IMG/VR virus record: IMGVR_UViG_3300017995_000001
Origin: an uncultured virus (IMG/VR IMGVR_UViG_3300017995_000001)
Taxonomy: Duplodnaviria > Heunggongvirae > Uroviricota > Caudoviricetes
Direction: 5' to 3' (one strand)
Length of the DNA stretch: 20,000 bases
Shown: positions 1 through 7,829 of the stretch, one piece after another
How the letters are laid out: every line of letters starts with the position of its first letter
Position numbering within the stretch: the stretch's first letter is position 1
Notes under the pieces: model-generated
The model's input: only the letters and a program-made list of their open reading frames with translations
The model's database searches: none
Told to the model about the DNA's origin: nothing
Position numbers and translations under genes: made by a program

Positions 1-415
1 CGTTGATCGGCGCGCACGCCTTGTCGGTGGAGATCGCCACGACGGCCTCCGGCTGGCACCGGACCGCCGCGCGCCGCACGTTCTCCGAACCGAGCGCGTT
101 GGTCCTGACGGCCTCCACCGGGAACCGCTCGCAGTTGGGCACCTGCTTCAGCGCGGCGGCGTGGAACACCCAGCGCGCGCCGCGCATCGCACTCTCGATC
201 GACTCTGGGTCGCGCACGTCCCCGGTCACGAGTTCGATCCTTGGGTTGTTCCCGTGCTCCTCGCGCAGCGCGTCCTGCTTGCCCTCGTCGCGCGAGAACA
301 CGCGGATCTTCTCTACACCCGGCTCGGCGAGCAGTCGACGTACGATCGTCTTGCCGAAGCTGCCCGTGCCGCCCGTGACGAGGACCACGCCGGTAAGTCT
401 CGCGTTCGCGCTCAC
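1..415 (-). CDS. UDP-N-acetylglucosamine 4,6-dehydratase-type SDR (PseB/FnlA/CapD-like polysaccharide biosynthesis protein); 3' end lies outside the window
   Basis: Not in the ORF track; translated by hand from GTG at 415: MSANARLTGVVLVTGGTGSFGKTIVRRLL...RVFSRDEGKQ...GDVRD...VFHAAALKQVPNCE...AISTDKACAPIN. TGGTGSFG, FSRDExKQ, GDVRD, HAAALKxVP and STDKA are hallmark motifs of this family. The start overlaps the upstream stop (GTGA). Confidence 0.93.
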   Translation of the reverse strand, partial: MSANARLTGVVLVTGGTGSFGKTIVRRLLAEPGVEKIRVFSRDEGKQDALREEHGNNPRIELVTGDVRDPESIESAMRGARWVFHAAALKQVPNCERFPVEAVRTNALGSENVRRAAVRCQPEAVVAISTDKACAPIN

Positions 416-1029
416 GTCGACACGGTCTCCTTCGGCGTACGGTACACTTTCCATCTGTCGTGGTCCTCCGCGAGCGCGCAGCCGCGCTGCGCGAGCATGC
501 CCTGCGCCCTCTGCGTCGAGGGCCAGTCGGCGTCGTCGAAGATCCAGAGGCCGCCGGGCCGCACCTTCGGCAGCCACGCCTCGACCTCCTCGCAGGAGAC
601 CTCCTCCGAGTGGTTGGAGTCCTGGTGGATCACGTCGATCGTCCGGTCCACGTAGGTGGAGACTACAGCGCGAGATGTCGCGCGCACCAAGCGCGCGTAT
701 GGGGAGAGCATGTGGCAGAACGACCGCGCGTACTGCTCGATCACCGCGTAGTCGAGGTGGCCCCACCAGTCCGCGTTCGCCGCGTCGTTGGTACCCTCGA
801 GCGCGGCGTCCGCGGTGAACGGGTCGACGCCGTCGGCGCGGCCGAAGCCCTGGTCGTGCAGGGCGAGGGCCATCGACCACACGCCCCGCCCACCGAAGAC
901 ACCCAGCTCGACGCAGAGCGACGCGCCGCGCGCGAGCTGCGCCATGCGCTTGGCCTTCTCTGGCGTGCACCAGCCCGGGATCATACCCAGGATCCGGTCG
1001 ATGGCGAGTTCGACTTCCTCTTGGCTCAC
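412..1029 (-). CDS. Class I SAM-dependent methyltransferase (Methyltransf_24-like), about 205 aa
   Basis: C-terminal part of ORF 412..1206. Probable start is GTG 1029, which overlaps the glycosyltransferase stop. Motifs: CVELGVFGGRG (motif I), DGVDPF, IDVIHQDSNHS and VRPGGLWIFDD. Confidence 0.88.
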   Translation of the reverse strand: MSQEEVELAIDRILGMIPGWCTPEKAKRMAQLARGASLCVELGVFGGRGVWSMALALHDQGFGRADGVDPFTADAALEGTNDAANADWWGHLDYAVIEQYARSFCHMLSPYARLVRATSRAVVSTYVDRTIDVIHQDSNHSEEVSCEEVEAWLPKVRPGGLWIFDDADWPSTQRAQGMLAQRGCALAEDHDRWKVYRTPKETVST

Positions 1030-3005
1030 GGCTCGACCCACCTCATCTCCCCCACCTCCCGCGCGTCGACGCGCAGCACCCACGCCTCGCGGTCCTCGAC
1101 CCCGTACGTCAGCACGAGGTCGTCGCCGTCCCGGGCCAGCCCGGCGCAGAACTCCACGCCGTGGTGGGCGAACACCCACGCCGGCGTCGCGCCGGTGACG
1201 CGCCACTCGGCGTCGATCCGAACGAACCGGTGCAGATAAATTCTACCGTCCGCGGCGTCGACGACCTCGTGCGTCACGCACAAATAACCGCCGTCGTGCG
1301 CGATCGCGGCGCCGCCGCGCAAGTGGTCGAGGGCGAGCGGGCAGTCGCGCAGCGGCCCGGGCAGGACGGCCGTCGGGTCGAGCGAGTAGATCCACACGAG
1401 CTGCCCGCCGACCGACAGCGGCAGCCAGTTCTTCTCGTGGAGTTGGTTCGACGGCTGGACGTCGGCCCGCTCAATATCTCCGTCATCGTCGATATATAGA
1501 CGGGCGATGAGCCGCCGCCCCTCCGGGTCGCGGTCGCACACCGTGGCGCTCGCGGTGAGGTCGCCGTCGACCGAGACGAGGCGCACGTCCTCGTAGCCGA
1601 CGATCCCCGACGGGTGCCGCGGCGACGGGTCGAGGTCCTCCATGGGCATCGGGTCCACTAGTCGTCCATCCGTCTCTAAGACGCCGAGGTAATTCTCACT
1701 CCGGACGACGCCGCGCGGGTCGTGCACGGCGTATTGCCTCCCTTTGCCGAGCGTGTAATTCACTGCGCGCACGACGCACCAGAGCTGCCCGTCGTGCCGA
1801 CAGACGCTCGGGTTCATCGGCAGGCGCCCGCCCGGCGGCTCGAACCGGATCCTGGTAGCGCGTGCGCTCGGGCACGCGCTGCCGATGGGGGGCGGCCGAA
1901 GCATCGACCGGGCGGCCTCGCGCGCCGCCGCGGACGCGGAACGCGACACGCTGACCCAGTCCGCGTCGCGCGCGCCGGTGCCGGTCACGGCGCGCAGGCG
2001 CGCCTGCCGGGCGGCGTGGTACTCGAGGTCGGCGCGCGCCCTGCCGGGCGCGTCGGGGAGCGCGGCGCGCAGTACGTCGTACGGCAGCTCGTAGAGCGCG
2101 GGCAGGTGGCGGAAGTGGGGTCGGTCGACACCGCACCCGCGGTGGCGCCCCACGGACTCCGCGACCCGCGCCCACGCGACGGCCTGGTCGGTCGCGCCCA
2201 GTTTTAGAGCCGACTCGGCGGCGACCCACGCGCACTCGGCGTACGTCGGGTCGGCGCCGAGCCCCCGCGCGGCCGCGCGGATCGCTGGCTGGTACTCGCC
2301 TAGCAGGAGGAGTTGCTCGGCCTGCTTGAAGCTCGCCCACGCGGCCTCGTGGCCCGCCCCGCGCATCCGCGCGCAGCGGCCGAACGCCCGGGCAGCCTTG
2401 GCTCGGTCGCCGACCCCCTCGAGCGCGAGGCCGAGATAAAAATGCCAGCGAGGGTCGTCCCCGTGCGACTCGAGGTACTGGCGCAGGAGGGCCACGTCAC
2501 GCGCGCACTTGCGCCGCACCTGCTCGTCGCTCTTCGCGAGTTCGCTGAACGTCACGCCGCGCAGCGTCTCGCGGGTGCCGCCGAGGAGGCACTCGTGCGT
2601 GGGCCCCACGTACCGCACGTCGGCGGCCGCCCGGATGACCTTCTCCTTCGGGTAGGAGCCGTCGTCGGCGTCGACGAGCAGCACGTCGACCCGCGCGCGA
2701 GAGAGTTCCGCGCGCAGGTCGGTGGAGCCGAAATGAATTCTTTCGTCCGAGTCTACGACGACGACCCACTCGGCCGACAGCCCGCGCGCGAAGTCGAGCG
2801 CCGCGTTGCGCGCAGTCGAGAAGTCCACCCACTCGTGCGCCGTGACGGCGAGCTTGCTGCCGACGACCTCGCGGGCGCGCGCGACCGTGCGGTCGGTCGC
2901 GCCGGTGTCGACAAGCAGGACCAGGTCGACGTGGGGCGCGACGCTCGCGACCGCGTCGGCGATCTCGCCCTCCCGGCTATCTGCAATCGTGACGCTCGCG
3001 ATCAC
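1026..3005 (-). CDS. Fusion of a family 2 glycosyltransferase, TPR-like helices and a C-terminal GH130-like beta-propeller, 659 aa
   Basis: N-terminal GT2 motifs: LVDTGATDRT, DFSTARNAAL, VDSDE (DxD) and YVGPTHE. TPR-like segment begins DDPRWHFYLGLALE. Propeller motifs: MNPSV, GYEDVRL, EKNWLP, YLHRFV, VEFCAGL and LTYGVEDRE. Confidence 0.85.
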   Translation of the reverse strand: MIASVTIADSREGEIADAVASVAPHVDLVLLVDTGATDRTVARAREVVGSKLAVTAHEWVDFSTARNAALDFARGLSAEWVVVVDSDERIHFGSTDLRAELSRARVDVLLVDADDGSYPKEKVIRAAADVRYVGPTHECLLGGTRETLRGVTFSELAKSDEQVRRKCARDVALLRQYLESHGDDPRWHFYLGLALEGVGDRAKAARAFGRCARMRGAGHEAAWASFKQAEQLLLLGEYQPAIRAAARGLGADPTYAECAWVAAESALKLGATDQAVAWARVAESVGRHRGCGVDRPHFRHLPALYELPYDVLRAALPDAPGRARADLEYHAARQARLRAVTGTGARDADWVSVSRSASAAAREAARSMLRPPPIGSACPSARATRIRFEPPGGRLPMNPSVCRHDGQLWCVVRAVNYTLGKGRQYAVHDPRGVVRSENYLGVLETDGRLVDPMPMEDLDPSPRHPSGIVGYEDVRLVSVDGDLTASATVCDRDPEGRRLIARLYIDDDGDIERADVQPSNQLHEKNWLPLSVGGQLVWIYSLDPTAVLPGPLRDCPLALDHLRGGAAIAHDGGYLCVTHEVVDAADGRIYLHRFVRIDAEWRVTGATPAWVFAHHGVEFCAGLARDGDDLVLTYGVEDREAWVLRVDAREVGEMRWVEP

Positions 3006-3034
3006 TGCCCGCCGGATGGTAGTCCGGCGGGCAG
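3005..3034 (-). promoter_or_regulatory. Perfect 12-bp stem-loop covering the translation start region of the glycosyltransferase gene
   Basis: The minus strand reads CTGCCCGCCGGA-CTACCA-TCCGGCGGGCAG, and the last G is the first base of the GTG start codon. Confidence 0.6.
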
Positions 3035-3051
3035 CCGGGTGTCACCTGCTA

Positions 3052-3294
3052 TCAGGTCGGGCCGCTCGGCGCGCTGGGGCCCGTGACGGACGTCACGAAG
3101 TGACGGCGCAGGAAGATAGGTTGATCGCGGGGACGAGTCGCCCAGCTCCAGCCGGCGTATTGGCTGTCGTAGTGGCTGCCCGCGTACACGTGGGCTCCGT
3201 GTTCGCGGTAGACCGCCTCGTCGATGACGGCCCGAGGAGCGCCGTTTTGGCTAGCGCCCTGCTTGGCGCGAAGGGTCGTTAGTCTGCGGCGCAT
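3052..3294 (-). CDS. Hypothetical protein, 80 aa
   Basis: GGAGG lies 9 nt upstream of ATG 3294, the ORF ends in a double stop (TGA TAG), and it has the same orientation as the gene block. Confidence 0.65.
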   Translation of the reverse strand: MRRRLTTLRAKQGASQNGAPRAVIDEAVYREHGAHVYAGSHYDSQYAGWSWATRPRDQPIFLRRHFVTSVTGPSAPSGPT

Positions 3295-3317
3295 GTGATA
3301 TGTCCTCCATTGAAATA

Positions 3318-3370
3318 GCCCCGCGCCGTGTCACCGGCCGGGGCCTGGCTCGACCTCGTACTAGGAGGTG
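3318..3370 (+). promoter_or_regulatory. Two-hairpin leader of the HNH-AP2 gene; the second hairpin sequesters the Shine-Dalgarno sequence
   Basis: First hairpin: GCCCCG-C-GCCG-TGTCAC-CGGC-CGGGGC (3318-3344). Second: ACCTC-GTACTAG-GAGGT (3353-3369), overlapping AGGAGGTG (3363-3370) ahead of ATG 3375. Confidence 0.55.
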
Positions 3371-3374
3371 AACG

Positions 3375-4052
3375 ATGACGATTGTACGCTATCCATGCGT
3401 CGTCTGCGGCAAGTCGAGCCGATCTAGGCGTCGACGAACATGCGGCAACAACGCGTGCATCCAGACGGCTGTACGGAAGGGGCAGTTCTCGGGAGGCGCC
3501 GTCATAGCTGTCCAAGCAAAGGCTAGGAGAGCTAACCCTTACATGAAGGCTGGTGTTTTCTTCGTTCCGCTCACGCAGGGCGCCTTCACGAAGATCGACG
3601 TTAGAGACGCTGCCAGAGTAATGAGGTACTGTTGGTACCTCTATCGACACCCTCAAACGGGAAGGATGTACGCCGTTCGAGAAGTGCGAGGACGTACTGT
3701 TCGACTCCACCGCTGGCTCTTGAGCGCGGACGTGACGGAAGACGTCGACCACGTGAACGGAGATGGTCTTGACAACCGCAGAAAAAATCTGAGGAAAGCA
3801 ACAGCGACTCAGAATGCGTGTAACGCGCGAAAGAGAGCGTGTGGAGCGTCTAAATACAAGGGCGTGACCAGAGATGCGAGTTCGCCCCCATGGCGAGCGC
3901 GGATCCGAGTCGACCACAAATTGATACATCTTGAACGTTTTTATACCGAAGAAGATGCCGCAAGAGTGTACGACGGCGCCGCGCGTCGACTGCACGGCGA
4001 TTTCGCCCGCGTCAACTTCCCGGTCGGCGATGAGCAGTCCGCTCTCCACTAG
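3375..4052 (+). CDS. HNH-AP2 endonuclease (probable free-standing homing endonuclease) with N-terminal Cys finger, 225 aa
   Basis: Motifs: CVVC...CGNNAC; VRLHRWLL; VDHVNGDGLDNRRKNLR (HNH); SKYKGV...WRARI...EEDAARVYDGAARRLHGDFARVNF (AP2). It has a strong RBS, lower GC than its neighbours, and the opposite orientation. Confidence 0.93.
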   Translation: MTIVRYPCVVCGKSSRSRRRRTCGNNACIQTAVRKGQFSGGAVIAVQAKARRANPYMKAGVFFVPLTQGAFTKIDVRDAARVMRYCWYLYRHPQTGRMYAVREVRGRTVRLHRWLLSADVTEDVDHVNGDGLDNRRKNLRKATATQNACNARKRACGASKYKGVTRDASSPPWRARIRVDHKLIHLERFYTEEDAARVYDGAARRLHGDFARVNFPVGDEQSALH

Positions 4053-4333
4053 GACTTCCCCTCTTCCGGATCACCCAGCAGCCGCAGCAGGATCGCGTCG
4101 GCCACCATCGCCAGGAAACTCGTCGCCGCGCCGACGACGACCGCGTCGACCAGCCACCCTCGCCCGACGGACACGAGCCCGCTGGCCCCCGCCGCGGCGC
4201 CGACCCACGTGCCGGTGCACTGGCTGCACTGGAAGAGCGCGGGCCACCTGCTCTGAATCGGGCGGAACAGCGTCCCGCGCACGACGATGAGCGTCGCGCC
4301 AACGAGGGCGCAGAGCAGGATCGCGCCGGTCAT
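4049..4333 (-). CDS. Small membrane protein, DUF1360-like, 94 aa
   Basis: C-terminal part of ORF 4049..5137, starting at ATG 4333 (overlaps the upstream stop). MTGAILLCALVGATLIVVRG...LFQCSQCTGTWVG...VDAVVVGAATSFLAMVADAILL gives 2-3 hydrophobic segments and a CxxCxxxW motif. Confidence 0.7.
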   Translation of the reverse strand: MTGAILLCALVGATLIVVRGTLFRPIQSRWPALFQCSQCTGTWVGAAAGASGLVSVGRGWLVDAVVVGAATSFLAMVADAILLRLLGDPEEGKS

Positions 4334-4884
4334 CACAGCTCTTGGGCGCTGATCGAGAGCATGGAGACGCCGGTCACACCGTGGCCCCCGACCGAGTTCC
4401 ACTCGACCGCCAGCACGACGGGCACGCCGACGGGCAGCGCGGGGTTCGAGATCCCGATGAACGCGCTGACCAGTTGACCGCTCGCGGCCACCGACCCCCC
4501 CGCCGCCGTGATGATCTGAGCCCCGCTCTGGACGCCGCCGATCACCGGCGGCGTGCTGGTCCCGAAGACCCACCCGTTCTGCGTGACCGAACCGCCCGAC
4601 ACCGACAGGCCCGTCCCGGTGATGACGACGATGCCGAATCCGTAGATCTCGGCGTTCACGTCGTTGACGACGGCCATGTTCCCGTTGACCTGGATGAGCC
4701 CACTCGTCTTCGGCGTGTACAGCTTCGCCGCGAAGAGAGTGGGGGGAGAGGTGCCCGGGACGAACGGCGCGTTGAAGTCGACGATCGGCGGCGCGCCGAT
4801 CGACAGGTTCTGGGCGCCCGCGGAGGACTGCGGGCGCGTCGGGTACGTCTCCCTGGCGTGTCGACCTCGACCGATGATGTGCAT
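4333..4884 (-). CDS. Hypothetical beta-rich protein, possible minor virion protein, 183 aa
   Basis: RBS GAGGTAGG, GC3-biased codons, and a V/I/G/S/T-rich alternating pattern. Its N-terminal motif is shared with 5142..5678. Confidence 0.75.
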   Translation of the reverse strand: MHIIGRGRHARETYPTRPQSSAGAQNLSIGAPPIVDFNAPFVPGTSPPTLFAAKLYTPKTSGLIQVNGNMAVVNDVNAEIYGFGIVVITGTGLSVSGGSVTQNGWVFGTSTPPVIGGVQSGAQIITAAGGSVAASGQLVSAFIGISNPALPVGVPVVLAVEWNSVGGHGVTGVSMLSISAQEL

Positions 4885-4890
4885 CTGGAC

Positions 4891-5130
4891 CTACCTCTTC
4901 CTCGCGGTCAAGAGGACGCCGAGGCGCTCCGCCACCTCGGGCCTCAGCTTGACGGTGCCGACCGACCCGATCTCGGGGTCGTCGTCGGTCAGCTCGACGG
5001 AGCCGTCGTCGAAGATCCTGACCGTGGGGCAGCACCTCTTGTACCCGCACGCGGGGTTCTGCGGCTCCGCAGGGGTCGGCGGGACCTGATCGCAGAGCAC
5101 CTCTTCGTAGATCTTGTTCGGCTGTCCCAT
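4891..5130 (-). CDS. Hypothetical small Cys-containing protein, 79 aa
   Basis: GAGAGGA lies upstream of the ATG and the ORF fills the gap between its neighbours exactly. Motif: ACGYKRCCPTVRIFDDGSVELTDDD. Confidence 0.75.
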   Translation of the reverse strand: MGQPNKIYEEVLCDQVPPTPAEPQNPACGYKRCCPTVRIFDDGSVELTDDDPEIGSVGTVKLRPEVAERLGVLLTARKR

Positions 5131-5141
5131 GGGTCATCCTC

Positions 5142-5678
5142 TCATCCGGTCGGGAGCGGCACCTCTCTCAGGTACATCGTCGAGGCGGCCTCGTTGGGCG
5201 AGGAGCCGGAGGTGGTGAGCAGCGCGCCCGAGCTGCTGGCGACGACGACGAGGTTCACGTGCGCCGTCGCCCCCAGCGCGAGCGCGCCCGGCAGGAGGAG
5301 CGTGACCGGGATGGACTCGTAGCCCTCCGAGTCGAGCGTCGCGGCGGCGACGGGGGTGGTCGTCGTCGTCCCGTTGATCCGGGCGAAGACGAAGATGTTG
5401 ATCTGCCCCTCGGTGGTGTTGCGGACCTCCACCGCGGCCTCGACGAGGACGTCGCCGGTCACGTTCGGCGTGATGGGGGCGCCGTCCGCCGTGATCGTCC
5501 CCGCACTGACGGCCGACCCGTTCGCCGCCGTGAAGACGGCGGTCCCGGGCGCCGTGGCGATGGCCTGGTCGCTGCCCGGGCCCAGCGCGAAGTTACTGGC
5601 GAACGCCGCCGAGGCCCCGCGCGGGGTGTCGGGGTAGCTGTGGCGCGCGAACGTTCGCCCGATGCGGAACTCGCCCAT
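5142..5678 (-). CDS. Hypothetical beta-rich protein, possible minor virion protein, 178 aa
   Basis: RBS GAGGT. Beta-strand-like segments: VLVEAAVEVRN, INIFVFARING, HVNLVVVASS and STMYLREV. Confidence 0.78.
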   Translation of the reverse strand: MGEFRIGRTFARHSYPDTPRGASAAFASNFALGPGSDQAIATAPGTAVFTAANGSAVSAGTITADGAPITPNVTGDVLVEAAVEVRNTTEGQINIFVFARINGTTTTTPVAAATLDSEGYESIPVTLLLPGALALGATAHVNLVVVASSSGALLTTSGSSPNEAASTMYLREVPLPTG

Positions 5679-5681
5679 GAC

Positions 5682-7052
5682 TTACCTCTTCTTCTTGTGC
5701 GCCGTCTTGCGCTTGTGGGCCGCTCGACCCGAATGGCCGCGCGCGCCGCGGGCACCCTTGCCGCCCTTGCCCATCGAGGCGGCGGCGACGACGCCGACGA
5801 GCGCGACGACGCCGACCGCGCCGGCCGCGATCGCCCCGGTGCTGATGCCCGCCTTGGCGGGGGCGGTGACGACGGGCTGCAGCGGGCCGCTCGGAGTCGG
5901 GGTGCCGCCACCGCCGCCGGTGATCGCGGGTCCGGTGCCCCCGCCACCCGAGGGTGCGGGCGGCGGCGCCGGGATCGGCGCGCACTGGCCGGTCCGCGGG
6001 TCGAGCGCGGTGCCGGGCGGGCAGGTGACGGCGACCGGTGCGGCCGCCGGGATCGTCGCGGGCGCGCTGCTCTGCCCGGGCGGCGACCACCACGCCGGGC
6101 GCGGGCTGCACCCCGCGGGCGCGCCGGGGACGAGGCGCTGCGCGGCGGCCGCCGTGTCCGTGCCGTACTTGCCGTCCACCGGCTGGCCGAGCGCGCGCTG
6201 GGCCGCGCTCACCGCGGCGACGTTCTGCTGCTGGCAGGGGTCGTACGTCAGGAGCGCCGTCACGGCGGACGGCGCGCCCGCCGCGGGCGCGGCCGAGGGC
6301 GCGCTCGGGGCGACGGCCGACGGGGTGATCGCGGGGGCGGGCGCGCTCGGCGCCGCGCCGCAGCCGGGGGCGACCGACTGCCCGCCGAGCGCCGACGAGA
6401 GCGCGGCGGCCGTGACCGGCTCGTACTTGCCCGTGTTGATGGGCACGGCCTGGCCCGGATTGACGGCGTTCCACGCGGCCTTGAAGTTGTGGATCGCCGT
6501 GTTGACCGCGGTGCCGGGCCGCCCGACGCTCGCGCAGTAGTTCGGGTCGGCGGAGAGCGCCGCGGCCGCCGCCGCCGCCGCGGCGGTGACGCCGACGGCC
6601 CCGCCCGCCGCGGCCGCTGCGGTGGCGGAGGGGAGGCCGACGCAGTTGCTCTGCCCCGCGGGGGCCCACCACGCGGGCCGCGGGCTGCACCCGGCGGGCG
6701 CGCCCGGCACGACGCGCTGCGCGGCGGTGGCCGTGCCGCTGCCCCACTTGCCGTCCGCGGGCTGGCCGAGCGCGGCCTGCGCGGCGCAGACGAGGGCGAC
6801 GTTCGCCTGGTCGCAGGGGCTGCCCGCGGCGACGAGCGCGCCGACGGCGTCGGCGGGGGCGCCGACGAAACCCACCCCGACGCCGACGGGCACGCTCACG
6901 GTCTCGCCGGAGGCGAGGCTGCGCCAGGTGCGCTGGCCGGCGACGACGGTCGTGGCTTTCCGCGGGTTCGCGCCGATGAGCGACGCCAGGGGCACGCCGA
7001 AGCGCGACGCGATGCGGGCCGGGGACTCGCCTGCCTTGACTCTGTAGAGCAT
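5682..7052 (-). CDS. Tail-anchored protein with LysM-like N-terminus and three peptidoglycan-binding-like modules, 456 aa
   Basis: LysM-like start: MLYRVKAGESPARIASRFGVPLASLIGANP...LASGETVSVP. Two copies of AAQxALGQPxDGKxGxxTAxAAQ and one HNFKAAWNA...INTGKYEPVTAAAL module. Ala/Pro linkers lead to the hydrophobic helix GISTGAIAAGAVGVVALVGVVAAA and a basic tail. RBS AAGGA. Confidence 0.85.
   Translation of the reverse strand: MLYRVKAGESPARIASRFGVPLASLIGANPRKATTVVAGQRTWRSLASGETVSVPVGVGVGFVGAPADAVGALVAAGSPCDQANVALVCAAQAALGQPADGKWGSGTATAAQRVVPGAPAGCSPRPAWWAPAGQSNCVGLPSATAAAAAGGAVGVTAAAAAAAAALSADPNYCASVGRPGTAVNTAIHNFKAAWNAVNPGQAVPINTGKYEPVTAAALSSALGGQSVAPGCGAAPSAPAPAITPSAVAPSAPSAAPAAGAPSAVTALLTYDPCQQQNVAAVSAAQRALGQPVDGKYGTDTAAAAQRLVPGAPAGCSPRPAWWSPPGQSSAPATIPAAAPVAVTCPPGTALDPRTGQCAPIPAPPPAPSGGGGTGPAITGGGGGTPTPSGPLQPVVTAPAKAGISTGAIAAGAVGVVALVGVVAAASMGKGGKGARGARGHSGRAAHKRKTAHKKKR
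6068..6819. repeat. Intragenic diverged direct repeat of about 173 bp (6068-6240 and 6647-6819)
   Basis: Both copies encode PCxQxNVAxVxAAQxALGQPxDGKxGxxTAxAAQRxVPGAPAGCSPRPAWWxPxGQS, and the similarity is visible at the DNA level. Confidence 0.9.
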
Positions 7053-7088
7053 GGGACTTTTTCCTTGTTTTCCGTGGGTGGTGGTGTT

Positions 7089-7829
7089 TCAGCGCCGGCG
7101 GCGGCCGCCCTTCTTGCGCGTCGCCGCGAGGGCGATGCCGCCGACGACGGCGGCGCCCGCGACGCCGATGCCGACCATCGCGCCCGTCGACAGCTTCTTC
7201 GTCGTCGTCGACGCGGGCGCGGCGGTCGGGTTCGCGACCGGGGGGTTCGCGAGCGGTGCGGGCGTGGCGGGGTAGGTCGGGTAGTCGGTCGCGTGCATCC
7301 CGGCGATCGTGATGAGCGCGCTGAGCGTGTCCTGGTCGACGACGCCGTCGGTGCGCAGCGCCTTGCCGGGCGCCTTGGGCGGGGCGTAGTTATTGTTGTA
7401 CCAGGACTGGAAGCACCCCGCGGCCTGCGGGATGCTCGGGCCCCAGGTCGCGCAGGTCGTCCCGCTCGCCTGCATGACCTTGGTGTTGAGCGTGACCAGC
7501 GTGTTGCCGATCCAAGCCTGCTGCGCGGGCGTCAGCGTCGCGAAGATGTCCGGGTCGGTCGGCCCGCCCAGCGCGAATCCACGAGCCCTCTTGCCACCGT
7601 ACGAGATCGCTTCGAGCATGAGTCCTTCTCCTGGTCCTGAGAGTCCCGATGTGACGCCGGTCTGCGCCCAGGGCGGAACCGGACCGTTGCAGTCGACGCA
7701 CGCCGGCTGGGCCGGCAGGGTGTTTTGCGCGTAGAGGCACGCGTTCGCGCGGATGCCGGGGTCAGTAGGACCCTGCACCGGGACGTCGGTGACGTAGTCC
7801 GGCACGCCGGCGGCCTGCGCGGGGGTCAC
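7089..7829 (-). CDS. Tail-anchored protein with a peptidoglycan-binding-like module, about 246 aa (alternative start ATG 7619)
   Basis: C-terminal part of ORF 7089..8963. GTG 7829 overlaps the upstream stop, and a second in-frame ATG at 7619 follows AGGAGAAGGA. Motif CFQSWYN...LRTDGVVDQDTLSAL. C-terminus: KLSTGAMVGIGVAGAAVVGGIALAATRKKGGRRRR. Confidence 0.78.
   Translation of the reverse strand: MTPAQAAGVPDYVTDVPVQGPTDPGIRANACLYAQNTLPAQPACVDCNGPVPPWAQTGVTSGLSGPGEGLMLEAISYGGKRARGFALGGPTDPDIFATLTPAQQAWIGNTLVTLNTKVMQASGTTCATWGPSIPQAAGCFQSWYNNNYAPPKAPGKALRTDGVVDQDTLSALITIAGMHATDYPTYPATPAPLANPPVANPTAAPASTTTKKLSTGAMVGIGVAGAAVVGGIALAATRKKGGRRRR

Noticed and set aside
3279..4049. 256-aa minus-strand ORF that would make the gene block continuous
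   Set aside because: It is antisense to a motif-complete HNH-AP2 gene with a strong RBS, and its translation has no recognisable features.
3361..4052. CTAG at both ends of the HNH gene as a possible target-site duplication
   Set aside because: It is only 4 bp, the right copy is simply two overlapping convergent TAG stops, and there are no terminal repeats or transposase.
4891..5130. Resemblance of the 79-aa protein to DUF397-like small proteins
   Set aside because: The match is only a loose C-x-x-V...DD pattern, too weak to assign without a profile search.
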